Of a stretch of 64,000 nt of DNA, positions 12,641-27,599 are shown one piece after another. The position numbers and the translations under genes are program-made. The notes beneath the pieces were generated by a model, which did no database searches, was not told the DNA's origin, and was given only the letters and a program-made list of their open reading frames with translations. Position 1 is the first letter of the stretch; the number at the start of each line of letters is the position of its first letter. Source of the DNA: Ruditapes philippinarum (taxonomy: Eukaryota); assembly GCF_026571515.1 (NCBI RefSeq), contig NW_026864239.1, positions 248,001 to 312,000 on the forward strand, read 5' to 3'.

Positions 12641-13209
12641 AAACCATTTTAAGATGTTTTTATTTTGAGGGAAAGAAACAACATGTCGCATTCAAAACAT
12701 TATAATTAAAAATTTATGTTAATAGGTGTCTCAATGGTAACAATTTACTAGTTCGTAACAAAAACTAACTGTTTAGCATTGCAGAAATATACATCAAGTC
12801 TGCAAACGCTGAACTATTTATTTAGTGTTTCATTGCTGTATTAAAAGACTTGACGTTGGTATCTACATTTTAATCAAAACATAAAATTAAAGGTCATCAT
12901 GTTAAAGTTTAGAGTATGGAAACAAATGGTTTTATCGATTGCTTTGACTTTTAATGAAGGTATATGCTATTTCAGTACAGCTATAAAGAATAAAAAATTG
13001 ATTTTAAACTTACTGTGCCTCTTTGTGTTGAAATTCTTTTTCAAAACGCCATTAAAAGCCTCTAAATACAGCCCGATTTGATTGAAGTAAGGTAAATTGT
13101 CAAAATAATCAGTTTCAATCATCATATTTTAAGACTTGAATAATAAATTATGTCCCCTATTTAACTACCTATCAATTGGAGAGGGCCTGTGTGTATTCTT
13201 CTTGTGGAT

Positions 13210-13350
13210 TTGACAGAAATACTTTAAAATAGAGAGAAATAGAATCCCTAAAGAAAGCCCAAAACTGCAAAAAAGAAAATGTTGCAGGTTCGGTTTGATC
13301 GACCCGGTTCCTGGACAGTATTGAAAGGTGCAAACTATTGCCCACACCTC
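13210..13350 (-). repeat. Copy of the 18559-18768 dispersed repeat
   Basis: aatccctaaagaaagccc..aaaatgttgcaggttcggtttgat is the reverse complement of the family core. Confidence 0.8.
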
Positions 13351-13399
13351 TTTAAGTACGGCGCTATCTCCTCACAAATTGTTGTTGTGTATCCTCACC

Positions 13400-16100
13400 A
13401 CTCATTTTAAAGGCTCTTTTACATGATTCAATTTTAATCAACGTATTGTAATACATAGAAATATCTATGGTCACATTTTAATGGAAGGGTATCCGTAGTG
13501 ATTTTGCACATTCAGATGTCTAACTTTATTGTTTTGTACAGTTAATTTGATCATGTTTTTTGACTTGCAAAATATTCAATATAATTATGTTTACGAAAAC
13601 ATAATTCGAAATTGCTAAGAAATATACAGGTTCTCCATTTATTATCATCCTTGAACTCTGACCAAAATCACTATCTTTAAATTTTCATTTAATATCTTAA
13701 AAATTTATAACATATATTTACTAAAAAGAAATAAATTTTAAAACACAAATTCGAGAAGTCAGCTCAGTAAAGGTATTCTGCAGGGTAAAGGTTAAGTTTT
13801 TGTAAGGGCCTTGGGCAATCAGTTGCATTTATTTCTGTATTCCATAAAATAAATAAGGTCTTTGTTTGAAAATGCCATGTTATAATTTAATCTGATCTTT
13901 TTTATTTATCTTTTGAATTTCCAGGGTGGCTACTGTTCATTAGCCGAAATATCTTCCAGAATAATAAATCATACTTTCTGCATTTTATCTCGCGCTATGA
14001 ATTTGGTAAATGTTATTTACAGTTCTATTTGTTTCACCTTTTTTTTCCTTATGTAGTTTTCACAGTGGTTTATAGCGTACTGATATAGCTAGACAGAATG
14101 CCTCCTTTATTGTTAGATAATTTCACAACATAAGTAGACTGTATCTTTGAATTACGACCCCCATTTGCAGCAGACATCTTGACAGACAGGTTAAGTATCT
14201 TTTATTAACACTTGATAGCATTTTAATTTTCGTTCAGACGATACAACAGACGTCTGATCTCGAACAAATTATAGCTGCTAGTCATGTAATTTCTAAATGT
14301 ACAGACATACACAGTGTTCAAGATAAGGCAAAGGGCACTCTGACGGAACAGACAGACTTGGTGGTAAATTATAGTAGTAAAATAATTAAGCTCTAAGATA
14401 GGTGAAACAAAAGCAGGACATATCACTTTATAAACCATTCGAACTGAGTATTTACCAGATATAATCATGGGTTCCAGATATGTTAGACATTTTTAAATGA
14501 CTCTTTGACAAATGGTTTATTTGTAAAATGTATATTTTACCTCAAGAAGATATGAAAAGATTTGGGAACTCCGAACTCCGGGTCCGCTTCCTTGAACGTG
14601 TCATCACTAATGACTAATAATGAAACACGGTCGTGACCTGTGTATGTAAAGCAACAACCCGACTGTTTAAAAATCAGACTTTCTGATTACTAGGCCACCA
14701 CTCGCATTAAAAATGTTAATGAAATGAGTGACATAATTGGAACAATGATTTAATATAATTACAAATTCAGCAACAATATCATTTAAATATTTGATCTCTA
14801 CCATAATTATCTTGTAATTAGACATGTTGGTACGTCTTTCAAATACATAAGGGTTAATTAATGTTATGTTTTACTACGGAAAGATTTAAGTAAAAATAAT
14901 TTATTTTGAATATATATTACCAATTTCTTATGCAAAATAATTGTTTAAAACAGAGATGATGCTCACCTTCTAGAAAAGTTTACAAAATTAAGATTTCTCA
15001 GCATATTTATACAAAAGACGCCTTTTCAATGGCTACATAGAATGCCATTTAATGAATTCTTCCGGAAATTGGATACCTTTTACAAAAATGGTAATTCGTT
15101 ATCTTGTTTTTTACCAGGAAATATTATTATAGAAAGCAAATACTAAAGGCATATTTCAATTGGATCCTTTAAGCGTAAATGTAAACGCTTAATTTCATTA
15201 CTAAACTTGCGGATCTCCTAAATGCATATGTATTACAAATTGTCCTGTATTGTAATGATTAGCGATAATTATATTTTTCTGTCAGCGCACGTAATTTATG
15301 ATTAGTATTGATATTTGCATTTAAGCTGAGCGAAATAAATAATTTTCTTTTGATTATTAATTAAAATCCCAATTAAATAACACTGTTAATCTGTAATCTG
15401 TAATGAATGCGGCATCTATTGGTTTAAACGATATTAAATCTTCAACCCATAATTTTTTTCCAAGTTATATGAAATGACCACAGTACGATACAATTTTAAC
15501 AACAGCCAGTTGTAAGAAAAGAATTATAGGACGGAAAGATTCTTCTACGAATGATAAAATTATGTTAAGGGAAATCAAAAATATTTTCAAAGTGTTATTG
15601 CTTTAAACTTACTGAAATTTAATATACATTTATACGCTTAAACCCGCAAGAGCCAACTTAATATTATAGTAATACTGAATACTCATATATGAAATAGAGA
15701 AAAACGAAATCCCTAAAGAATGCACAAAACGACATAATTGAAAATAATGTAGGCTTGGTTTGATTTAGCCTGATCAACCGACCGAAAAATAATATTATCT
15801 TCGCTAGAGGCTTTTTAACACTATACAAGACTCATTCACTATCTGTCTGTGAAATGACAGCCAATGAAAGATCGTACACATGTCATAAACATGTCATAAA
15901 TTCCATACAATAATTTACACTTGCATATCTATAGTGACACATGATGATATTTTGGTTATTACTATCTGTCAATTCTTGTAACAGAGAGGAAATAGACTAT
16001 ATTGATTAAAGCTGTCATCTCTCATATGTATCAAGAAGTACTTTCCGCATTTGGATAAGGATAATTGTCAATTCCTTAAAGAAAATAACGAGACCTTGCT
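13400..16100 (+). pseudogene. TLR pseudogene (LRRs to TIR end)
   Basis: LLRNIQVLHL (~13615), LNFQGGYCSLAEISS (13913-13957, mollusc TLR LxxSG..GYC.I motif), DIARQN..FHNIS. TIR C-terminal DDILVITICQF..LSSLIC (~15945-16030) is paralogous to 19360-19450. Confidence 0.75.
15692..15777 (-). repeat. Partial copy of the 18559-18768 dispersed repeat
   Basis: aaatagagaaaaacgaaatccctaaagaa...gtaggcttggtttgatttagcctg. Confidence 0.7.
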
Positions 16101-16554
16101 GGTTAAGAAAACAAAATAATCGACCAGAAAGAAAATAGATCATTATACAATGGGCTTTCAGTTAAACATTGTGTAAGTCCTGAACGTCTATAGTATTTAT
16201 TGAACCATTTTCAGAAATTCATAATGATGTTTGCACAATGAAAGCGTTTTGAAAGAACATTTTATCAACTTAAAACGGTGCACCTCACCTATTTAGCGGT
16301 GTTTAAAGTTGTTTCAATGATATCATTAAGCGAAATGCGTGCATATAAACAACGGTTGAAGTAACCGTGATATTTGCTGCTGCGTTGATAAAATGTATTG
16401 ACAGAAAACAAGAAATTTAATTTAACTTTAACATAAACGAACACACCAAGCACATATTCTATAGTCAGTCTTAACACGTTCATAACTGAAAATGACCAGA
16501 CATGGTAATAAGTAAATCTTAAAATGCCTTAATTAACACGCGATCATGAAGCAA

Positions 16555-17950
16555 ACATGATGGTTTTGTACATTTTATTCTCTAAGATTATTAGATAAAA
16601 TAGCTGAACGGTCAGATTTTCCAGACTGTATCTAGACAGTTGAAGTTACAATGAGCTCCCTTTGGTTTATCAGAACATGATAAATAATACGTAACGAGAT
16701 TATAATTCTCAAGATATATTGCCTGACTCAAGAAATGCTTGTTAATAAAGTATTTGTAATAAATTCTTCAATAAAACATGGAAGACGTTTTTGTCAATTA
16801 TGCTAGCCATTGGCGTACACGGTATTTCTGTCTTAACTCTTAATAGGTATGGGGCAGCTTAGATTAGTTTGATTCTTAAAAGTCAAATGGCATTTTATAA
16901 ACACGTAAGCAAGTTTTATAACATTTTTATAAAATAATATAGATAATTTATGATGACATTTCTCATGCAAGTTTTTGAAACGTTTTAAACGCGGCAATAG
17001 ATAATAATTTCATACTTAACGATCCTGTAACTAAATATTTTTTGGTTTTATATCATAACTTTATATTACATAACTTTTATGCTCAAATGAAGATTTATTA
17101 ATTATTGTAAGTTAAAAAAAGCATTATTTGTGAAAATATTTAACCAAATTGAAATTGCATGTTAATAAAGGGAGGTCATTAGAAATTTATTTTCAATAAA
17201 GTCTAAGTCAAATATTTCAATAAGGAATAAATGCATATATTTTAATGATTACATATAATTTGGTCAAAAAATTTTCAGCACATATTTTACATATTCTTCG
17301 ATGTTTGAAAATTGTTTGAGAAGCATAATTATATAAATAATTATATAGAATTTCACTTAAGTGTGGTTACAACCTTAATTACAACATACATGATCTTTAA
17401 ACTGGAATTAACTGGATATGCGAGATTTGGAAGACAGTCAACATTAAGCTTAAAACTATTTAGAAACTGTCTGCTCTGTTTTGTTTTTTATTATGAAATG
17501 TGTAATTTCGCAATGCATTTTAAGCGAATTTCTCACATTATTTGAAATTTACAACAAATAATGTCTTTATAATGAATTGCGTTATTGACAATGCAAATCA
17601 AGAATTAATAACTTATAACAAGACATTGTCTGGATTTGACTTAGTAATGAAATACGTGAATGTCAGAATAAATACTGGAAATATTGGTGATGATTTGAAA
17701 TTGTCTGCAGGCTTTGTTTGTGCTGTACGGTAAATTATTTAAGGCTCATTTTGACTAAGAAAACCATATTTTCTAATATTCTTAATAACGGTCATTCTCA
17801 AACACTTGTTGAATTATGTTTTATTAATGGATTTATGGAATGAACGTTGAATAATGTGTCGTATAGAAACGAAAGCAAACAGTAAACAAAGTGTTTTTTC
17901 CATACAAAACACTAATTCAATAAGATTATACCAAATTGCAGAAGTAGCAA
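16555..17950 (+). pseudogene. TLR ectodomain fragment
   Basis: MMVLYILF start, C**SIC..VFVNY (LRRNT-like), AFYKH..FYDDISHASF, GYNLNYNIHDL. YNKTLSGFDL is shared with the KTLSGF motif at ~43555 and ~48721. Confidence 0.55.
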
Positions 17951-18019
17951 AGGTTAGTTCATTTAGATAACCAATGCGTTTTTTAAAGTTTGTTTTTATT
18001 TGTAACAAAAATTTCAAAA

Positions 18020-18520
18020 ATAAGAAATTTTTGTTTTTGTTTTTTTGTTTTCTGTTTTTTTTTCCTCTATTTTATCATCACATCCGTGTTATTTGTGCCG
18101 TGTGGCGGCTGTAAAAAGTCTCCCCGTACATTTAATCAATGATGTTATATTTTCGATCCTTGAAGATAGTTCAGCACGACATTATTGTTGTGTATACATG
18201 ATATGTGGTACTTTAAGTTTCTTCTATTCGGCCTTTTTCTATTTGGGTGGTTCCAGTATTCCTACTTGAATACTGTATAATCACCCTTAGGATATGTTGC
18301 CTGCTTTTTAAATTTGTCTTTTGACATCTTATCTGTGATATGCAGGCTTCATAACCTCAGATCCCCTTTCAAAATTCCATTTTATTCAGTTCCGCCAATT
18401 GTTTTCTCGTTTAGGGCAAAGCATTCTTTTACTTGGGGACCATACGCCGCTTTTCATGGAATGGCACTACTGTGTCACATTGAAGGTTCCATGATGACCG
18501 CCGTATGAACACATCTGCGG
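18020..18520. repeat. Unclassified GC-richer insertion with a T-rich end
   Basis: Compositional shift and a (tttttg)-like tract at 18025-18065. Short similarity (gaaa.gcggcgt) to 57340-57350. Confidence 0.35.
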
Positions 18521-18558
18521 ATGTTTCTAAATTCAAAATTTCACCATTTTCTTGTTAA

Positions 18559-18768
18559 ATGTTGAATTCTGCTTGGGCCGGTGCTGGAGGGCGTGGACGG
18601 TAACTTGCACTTTCCAGTACCGTCCATGAACGGGCTCAATCAAACCGAGCCTGCAACATTTTTAATTTTGGCGTGTTGGACTTTCTTTGGGGATTCTGTT
18701 TTTCTCTATTTTGTTTTGTTTTTTGTTTGAAAATACAATTGATAGCATTTTTGAGGCATTGTAGGCCT
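18559..18768 (+). mobile_element. Dispersed non-autonomous element with Kolobok-like terminus (best copy)
   Basis: Ends ...tttgaggcattgtaggcct|TTAA. Its reverse complement (ttaaaggcctacaatgcctcaaaaatgctatca) matches the 132-165 terminus. The internal core recurs at six other sites. Confidence 0.7.
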
Positions 18769-18799
18769 TTAAGTTACGGTAGAAATTCTTAATGACGTA

Positions 18800-19520
18800 C
18801 AGTTAATTATGTACAAAAAGTAAATATTCAGTTTTATATACAATGTTTGTTATATGTAATTGAATAACGTGATGATAGATAGATATATAGATAGATATTG
18901 ATTAAAGGGGGAAATGCATTGCAATGAGCAAAATATGAATATTGCGAAATATGTTTACATCATGAAAGACAAAAAAGTACAAGGTCAGAATGAAGCATTT
19001 TACAGGAGTAATTAAATGAGCAATGTTTTAATAATGTTATCAATTGAAAAATGTTTCGGGAAATCAAAATTTATGTGAATATCACGAGTACTTTATAACG
19101 TTTTTTTATCAATGAAAAGATACTTCTTATCAAAGAAGCATTATATCACGTCTATTGCAAAGTTTGAATGATAGAATAAGAATTAAAAAGGAAATTGATC
19201 CATTCAGATAAAAACTTTTAAGATTATGTGCCTCGTTCATTTTCGAATATCTGATATTAAGTTTCACATTTGAATGATATTCACAGAACAAGGAATAGCA
19301 AAATGTACATCTTCATAACAAATAAAAAAGAATACTTGATTACTCTTACATTAAAAGATGATGAGACTTTAGTTATTACTATCTGTCAATTCCTGAACCA
19401 GAAGGGAAATGGACATGATTGATTTGGGCTGTCATCGCTCATGTGTGTCTGACAGTACGCTCTGTATTTAGATTAGAATAATTGTCTTTACTATTCAGAA
19501 TATGTTAGAAGTATTCCGCT
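18800..19520 (+). pseudogene. TLR TIR-domain remnant
   Basis: YNVFLS (19094-19111), then SDKNF*DYVPRSFSNI...RNSKMYIFIT..YL..DDETLVITI (~19204-19385), in TIR box order. Confidence 0.7.
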
Positions 19521-19849
19521 ATATATTTCGGGGAGGTAGCTGCAAGATAAAAACTTGGATAATATGTGTTTTTTAAGAATTTTTTTTATTAAGTATAGAA
19601 TAAAGAAGGGATCGGCCGGAGATTTCAGATTGAGTTGGCTATTAACGATAATTCGTTATAAGCGAGTTAAGTATAAGTAGAGTCGACTGTTTATAATGGC
19701 CGAATGAAAACAAGTTTGATTTACTGTATAAGATATTAAAGGAACGCAAATAAAAACTACATGTATTTATGCATACGTACAAATGTTTGTCATTTGTCAG
19801 CAAATGAAGTTCACTATTTAGTACAGTATTACACATGGACAAATAAATA

Positions 19850-22000
19850 AATCTTCAATTTTAAAATTGAGTAACATCTATTATGTTTATCATACAAATT
19901 GCTTCTCAATATTCATAGTTCTTTACACGTATTTACGTTTTGTAAAAGAAACGTGACAAAGATGTTGTAAACAAAGTTATTTCTGTGTATATTTTACAAT
20001 CATGAATATACGTAAAATATATATTTTTCTTTTTGATAACAACATAAAAACTAGTATTAATACTCTTATGTATTTAAAAGCAATAAATAAGAATAATAAT
20101 ATTAACAGAAATATGGATAAACACATTATATAATTAATAATCTATGAACAAATTAACGATAAAAGTTATCTTTTCAATATGTACATCTTTAAATTTTGTT
20201 AAAACGTGTTAGAATTAAGGAAATCAGCTGACGGAATCAACATAAAATGAAATTTTTATCGTTACAATATTGAAATGATAACATTAGTCTTGAGTTATTT
20301 TGTTATCGTGATGTGTTTTTGAGAAGCAAGTCTTAGATAAGGGTTTATTTATTTTGTAAACAATAAACTGTATTGGGCATTAAAGCACGTTAAGATCCTT
20401 AGACTGATTACACAATGATAAAGCAATTTGTTTTCAAGATTTGATTTGAATAATAAAAGTTTGTATAAACGCCAGCTAAAGTGACATTAAACTCGTTTTT
20501 TTCGCCATCAAGCTGAGTTGAATTGGTAATATATTTCAACAGATTGGCAAATATAATGGTGATTGATGAAACATATTTGCGGTATATACTTATGGTCGAT
20601 TCTCAAAAGTGTTGTAACATAGAATGTCTGTGGTATAAAACACACACGAACATTGTACGTAAACAGACAATAATGGTCCAGAACAAAATATCATTCTGCT
20701 ATTTACATATGCGTTGTATCCTTATATCAATAGATTCATGCATGTGTCATTTGTTTTTAAGTCAAGTTATTACATGAACCATATTTATTTCCTACAAGTA
20801 TGTTGGAATATATTTTTGCAGCAGATATATAGCTATATATATTTTAAGGCAATATAATTGTTGGAAAAGTCATGTCAGTTTAACATCATTGACTTTCATT
20901 AAATATTTGACCCAAATACAATATATTTCCGAACAGATCATGAACATAACCTTAAGAAATTGCAAATTAGCCACGTATGGCAGTATTGCAATCTACGCAT
21001 CAATCTCTATCTAATACTTAATGTTATTACTTATTTTTATTATATCATTTATCGCACATGTATCACAGTCTAGCATGATACATCTTTGGCAAAATAATGT
21101 GTCAGATAAGTAATAAATGTTATATGATCATTGTCAAGTAAAAGGTCAGGACCGTTATTAACATGTTCGTCCATATTGCAAAGGAACACAACAAATGAAT
21201 GCATAGTTAAATCATTAAAATCTATTTTTTTAATTATTGTATTTAGAATTCAACATGTCTTTGAGAAATTATATTGCATATTTCGCTGTTATGATCCAAA
21301 GTAAAACGAACTGTATTCCACATGGTAAATTACCATCAAATCAAGGCTACAGGTAACAATGCATAACAAAGTGTAAAATGTATGCTTAATGCCAATGAAA
21401 TCAATGGTAATATATTCAGACAGTAAAAGGCCCTGATATTTACTCATTTAGAACTTGTCTGCTGCTCCTGAAAAAAGAAGCAAGTCATAAGCTAGTAACA
21501 TAAGGCTCGGGGTTCCTGGCGACGTGACAATTTGGGTTAGAGCCTTATTCCGGTCAATATCATTTGTTCTTACCAAGACTTTAATTAGTCTTACAATAGA
21601 TTGCCTTTATCAACTTAGTCTTTTTTCATAATCATATTTATAGTCATGTCAATTTAAACCTATTTCCTGAATGATAAAGTCTGAATTTGATACACATAAC
21701 CATCTTTGATCTTATGATTGGGAAATAACTTACTCTACATTACAAAAGAAACGTATAATATGTTATTTAACATGCCAGGCAAATAAGCATACGGGTATAA
21801 CAAAAATATGCAACATGAAAGAAGAATACAAGGAATTTAACTATTTCATTTATTATTTATTCCAACCTTGTTTGGTTCTTTTTTGTTTCAAAGAAAAGAA
21901 TATTGAGATTTTTATCATTGTTTACAATGAATTTTAATTTGCTTGTAAGCCACGTGAGTATAGTAAGTGTTTCATAAATACAATCTTATAAAAGGTAAAA
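19850..22000 (+). pseudogene. TLR ectodomain pseudogene
   Basis: ORF 20523: FNRLANIMVID..QKCCNIECL..T.TN..YLHMRCILISID. Later NGNIFRQ*KAL, SYNRL, LGNNLLYI. Confidence 0.65.
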
Positions 22001-24260
22001 TAAGTTTTTGTTCCTTTATAACACAACGTAGCTGTGCAATAAAGAACAATAAATGTTAGATTGTTTGATTCTGTTCGATTTCCTTAGACACAATTATTAG
22101 ATTAAACCATTTTTACGAACCCCAGAAACGCAATGATTATCTCCTTTAAATTGTGAAACTACTATTTCGTCCTATCTAGAAAATATAAAGGTACCCTTAG
22201 GCTAGATATAGGACAATCACAGTACTAAATAATTACATTTAATCTAGTTTAAGTTTGTTAACTTGACATATTGTCTTGGAGATAATACAATAATAAGATA
22301 TTGACTATAAAAGCGAACAAACTGAAAATACCTTAATATTTTATAAACACCTACACAATTAAATTTGAACTTTGAATATACTATTCGGGGAACAACTAAA
22401 CTTAAAATTTGGATAAATTGAATGCGGGTGAATTAATGAAATTGACAAAACTTTAACAAATATATGTATTTTTGAGAAATTTTATGTCAGAATTCTATTT
22501 TTCATTATACATTTACAGAAAAAAATGACACATATTTGAATATGTTGCAAAATATTTCAAAACATACATACATTTATATATTTTTTGTAGTAAGACTTCT
22601 GATCATGAACTGTAAATGTACGTATATTGAAGAACATACCAGTTCCATTACGCATGTGATATTTGCATATTCTTTAAAATAAAATGACAAGCTAATACAA
22701 AATGAAGTATTTTTAAATTAAGGCGCAAGTAAACGCAATAAACACTATTGGTAAGGTTTATTGTGTATTTAAGGTGTCTATTGTTTATCATAGTTTTAGA
22801 AGATGGTGTAAATGAAATAATGCATGTAAGTTATTTTTGTATTTTCTTTTATCACAAGTAATATTCAATTAAGAAATACCATCGGCCTGAGAGGTGTATA
22901 TCGGCTATTTAACACCGGTTTGGAGTTTTGATGCGTAGGAATTGATCACGAAGCCGTAGGCCTGAGTGTTTAATTTTTTCGCATCAAAACGACAAAACCG
23001 GTGTTAAATAGCCGATATACAACTCTCCGGACGATATTATTTCGATTCTAACACGATAAAATAAGGAAAATCACTAATGTTATTTTTCAAGCGGAAATAA
23101 CTTCCGGTGCCGATTTTCGTATAACGCTGTTCGATTTTCGCACCCTATTGTTGCGAAGATATAGAAATTATCAAACAAAAGAAATAATAAGAAAAAAACG
23201 TTTCTTTATCAAGTTTTCAACAATAAAAACTTACGTCGTTTTGTGTTTACATCAGTGCCCCATTTATCATTCTTGTATGTATGAAATAACGTCAGCTTGT
23301 TTATGAATGAGTTGTTTACTTAGGATGACGTCATTACGCTGCTTACGGATTGGCGCCGTTTTGTCAAAATATTTATTTACTGATATGGATCTAATACTAT
23401 TTAGTATGTGGCGTTAGTGTATGTGAGATATTATTTCGGTATTGTATGAAAAGAAAACATTATACGAACTGAAGTTATAAATAAAAGTGCTTTTTATTGT
23501 TGCTTTAAAATGCTTTGTAAACTATACAATCGAGGGTGAAAACATAACAGCGCATATACAAGTAGTCCCTAACCAGTGTTTATTGGCAGTTTAACAACAG
23601 TTTTTTTCCTTCTTTGTCTATAGTGACAAAATCACGTGAGTGTTATAATGTTTGATATGCGCGTAAACGCTACTGTCACAATATTGGTGTATACCTACAC
23701 CTGAGCATGCTTTAATGTTTTCGTCTGTATGGTTTAAAAGTATGCACTTAATCGAATGTATCGTTATCCTTTGAATAATTTATTTTTTATAATCTAATTT
23801 ATTGTTTTGGCATAGAGTATTTATAATTATCAAGTGTTTATATTAATGCAAAACGTTTGGTGTAAATAGAGACAACGTATTTTATGTCGCGAACAAACAT
23901 TAAGAGATTACAATGGAGACCAATGTTTGAATAGTTATAAGCAATTTAACACATGCTGGTCCGAAATGTATTGAAAAATTACATTTATGTAAATTACGTT
24001 GAATAAACAATAATATTATCTACATATATGTATATTGATTTAGATAGATAAGCTTTTTATTTACCATGCGTGTTTTAATTTCAAATTGGCTTATTTATTT
24101 ATAAGAGTTGTCTACTTGTTTGTTTTAAAAGGATTGGCGCACAATCCTTTCGTCTTAAATCACAATATTTGCTTTGAACATTAATTTGGTTACCAGTGTA
24201 TAGATACACCATGTGCATGTACTTTATAGCAGGACACACTTTTCCACTTTAAAAGTGAGA
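22000..24260 (+). pseudogene. TLR ectodomain fragment interrupted by a hairpin element
   Basis: Similarity of 22790-22860 to 31300-31380, and LRR remnants (IEKLHL) after 23700. Weakly legible. Confidence 0.4.
22873..23650. mobile_element. Long-hairpin non-autonomous DNA element with asymmetric inverted repeats
   Basis: Perfect 27-bp arms 22895-22921/22995-23021 within a ~170-bp fold-back. Second IR attctaacac (23045) / gtgttataat (23640). Confidence 0.8.
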
Positions 24261-24268
24261 ACATGACA

Positions 24269-24420
24269 TTGTTATTATTATTATTATTATTTATTATTAT
24301 TATTGTTATTATTATGATTATTATTATTATAATTATTATCATTATTAGTATTATTACTTTTTATTATTATTAACGATAATAATAGTAATAATAATAATAA
24401 ATATAAATATAGTAATAATC
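24269..24420. repeat. Imperfect (TTA)n microsatellite switching to (TAA)n
   Basis: TTA run 24269-24372 followed by a TAA run ~24376-24420. Confidence 0.95.
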
Positions 24421-24449
24421 ATATCAAAAATATAAATAACTATAAAAAA

Positions 24450-27400
24450 AATCACGTGCTATTTTTCGTACTTTGGAATGTTTTATAGATACTGTTAATA
24501 AAGAATATTAAAAGTTTAACATTCACTTAAAGTATATCGCATATTTTCCTCTACAATTTGTAAGTTTGTAATCGTTATGTTGTGTGTTTTTACATTGTCT
24601 GCCCAGTAAGATAAAGGCAAAATTATATAATTATAGCAACCACAAATAGTACAAATATTTTAAAGAAAAGTCAAGTCATATATTCACTGTAACAGTAACT
24701 TTAAGGACCCAATAACCATATTTCAAAAAAAGGATTGATGACAATCAATCATAGTATAGAAAAGGTTCAACATTCGGACATAACCTTTACTAGAAGATTA
24801 CAAGCTGTTCTATGAATCCCTTCCTGAAATTATGCATTGAGTATGGAAATTATGACTGCTTCTATGTCTCTAAAGCTTTGATGTATTTTATCTTATAGAG
24901 GCAGTAGTGCTTAGCCGTCCAAATAGGGAATTTAAAACATAACAAAACGCTTTTAGAACGACATGATGAATATGTCCAAAAATAATGCACACGTGGGTGG
25001 TCTGCTTAAACAAAAAAGCACAGAAAACTCAATGTCTTCACATAGATAAACAACTTCGATAAATTGATAGTTTAAATGGATCATTCATTCCAGGATGGAA
25101 TAAACCGTTTTTTTTTTATAATGAAGTGACAGTATCTTTTTTAACGGTTTTAACAACGTAAACTCATTTTTATACAAGCTTATTGAACTGGATTTAATGC
25201 ATTATTGAAGCTAAAACTGGAAGATTTGATATCAGTTATAATTTATTGTGTGACATTGTGTGAATCAAGGTAAGTGTGAACATTTGACATCTGTACATCT
25301 TCTATTTGAACTTTAGTTCATGTTATTTACATTCAATTATCCAGAAAAGAAATATTATTTGTAGAGTAGATTTGTTTTTAAATGACTGGCATAGGCATGT
25401 GATCTTAATAGGATTCTGTAAAGTTGATAAATGCATGTACTATGCACTTCCACTTTTCATAACACATCAGATTTAATCTCTAAATGCGAAACTTTAAAGG
25501 CTTTGGAAATCTAATAAAAGGGTTCGCCGATGTGGTTTTATATGTCTTTACTGAAATTAAAGTTTTTAATATAAATTGTATCACTATTAAAAAGGACATA
25601 AATCATTTATTGAAAACTAGTCTTTATATTACCAGATTATAAAGGTAAAAGTTGTACGACTTCCATATGCAAACGATTTGTGTTTAACAAACATCATAAT
25701 TATGTTTCCATCATACATTTCATACTTAAGTTGAAATTATTTTAAAGATCAATTAAGCTTATTCCCGTGCTACACATTATTTTCAGAAGTAAAATGTTGT
25801 TATTTTATTGTAGATTAATCTTAAAATAAAAAGGCAATCAAACACAATAAAAAGTTCACATGACCATGAATTTATATGTAATTAATGGTTATGTGCTGAT
25901 CATTTTCATTATTATTACCTATACTGATTCCTTGACAACATAGACAAATTAACTAAACCTACATGATACGAAATGGTTCAATACATGAACATCTTTACAT
26001 CCTTGGTAACATGTTTTAGTTTCATTTGTGAGAACTGTTGCTCATTTCACTGCGCAATAATTAATGAAATAAAAAATGTCTGCAGCCTCAGAATTAAAGT
26101 GTAACTACAGAGGCTGGCCGCAAAAATCAAACAGTCTGAAAATTGTCTTAACAAATGCTATACTGTAATCGGAAACTACATCGACCAAAAGGTTATAAAT
26201 TTTCAACTTTCCGGAACAACTGTTAAATTGATCTTAATTGTAATGTAATGGGTACTTAAAGTCGCAAAGTAGTGCTGATAAACGTTTAATAACAGTTTTG
26301 AAGTCTAGATAATGATAATGTATTGAACATCAGTCCGAATACTCATCAATCAGGGATTAAATCATCATGAAAAAAGTGATCATGAAGGTGTCATTAAACT
26401 GAAGTACAGCAATATAAAATGCCTGGACAATCACGCCTTAAAACTAACGAGCCTGTGTGTTCAGGAAGATTTAAATCGATTTTTTCCGTAAGGCTTTTGT
26501 TTTCAAAAGAAACAACTTTCGATGTAACATTAAAAAAGTTATCATTTTGAAGCTTCATAATAAATAAAATGATAACATCATTATCATTATTAATTTAAAT
26601 ATGTTAATGATAAACAATTATATTATTTAACGCCCAGCGAAGTACAAATTGAAAATATTTCAACCAAAATAACAAAGTAATGGTATGAACAACAAATAGT
26701 CTACAGGAGGCAACGACGAAAAATCCTCAACTGTTTTCACAGCAGCTTTTTCAAACTTCCACAACCAGACAGGTGTAGGCGTTGAAACATTTTCATTCAA
26801 TTGATTCCAGAAATCAATCAATGTTTGACAGGGGGATATAATTATCTATAGGTATGGATTCATTACAAGAGAGTTCAAAATAGAAAAGTAACCTTTTTTT
26901 CTTTGATAGTACTTAATATTGAATCCTAGTAACAATCCAAGGAAATACATTAATTAATCATATATATAATTGTAAAAATTGAAGTACATTGATGTTGGTT
27001 TTAAGTTATAACGGATCTATTATCATTTTACATAAGGTAAAATACAAAATGACGTATTCATTTTATGCTTGAATTTACAAAATCCGTATGAAAAGTGGCT
27101 TTACTATTACGTTTGGATGCTTGGATGCTTTGGTGATATAACAACAACACTTTTACGCAAGGTAAAACTTTTTTTGTCCCCTTCTTTTAAAAATTCACTG
27201 GATAAGTTACGATGCGTTATAGTAATGAAATGACATTTCGTTTCATTTAATTCTGAATAAATCTTTGACTTCAACGTTTTACAGAAAGAAAAGAAATATA
27301 ATATAATACTACGACACATAGGAGATTCAAAATGTAAATTCTTCGTTTGTACTGTTTGAGGAACTCACGAAACAACACACCACCTAATCGCAGTGTAATC

Positions 27401-27480
27401 TATTTCGCCCCGAAAGTTATTTTCATCGATGTTTTCATTTATCTAGGTATATTAAAGAAATCATTGCGGCAAAGATACAG
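24450..27480 (+). pseudogene. TLR pseudogene, near full outline
   Basis: KLFYESLPEI (~24802), LS/NNC*ID..SLDND (~26205-26320). IDSRNQ..NYL*VWIHYKRV LRRCT remnant (~26801-26877). YK*RIHF juxtamembrane (~27043) and RNSRNNT TIR-like (~27360). Confidence 0.75.
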
Positions 27481-27599
27481 TTAAGCATAATTATTCGTCA
27501 AAGTAGTATATTTGTTTGAATTTGCCTAAGCATAATGATTACTAAATATTATATTGCCAAGGACGTAACCCCTAGAAAAAAACACATTAAGTTGAAAAT

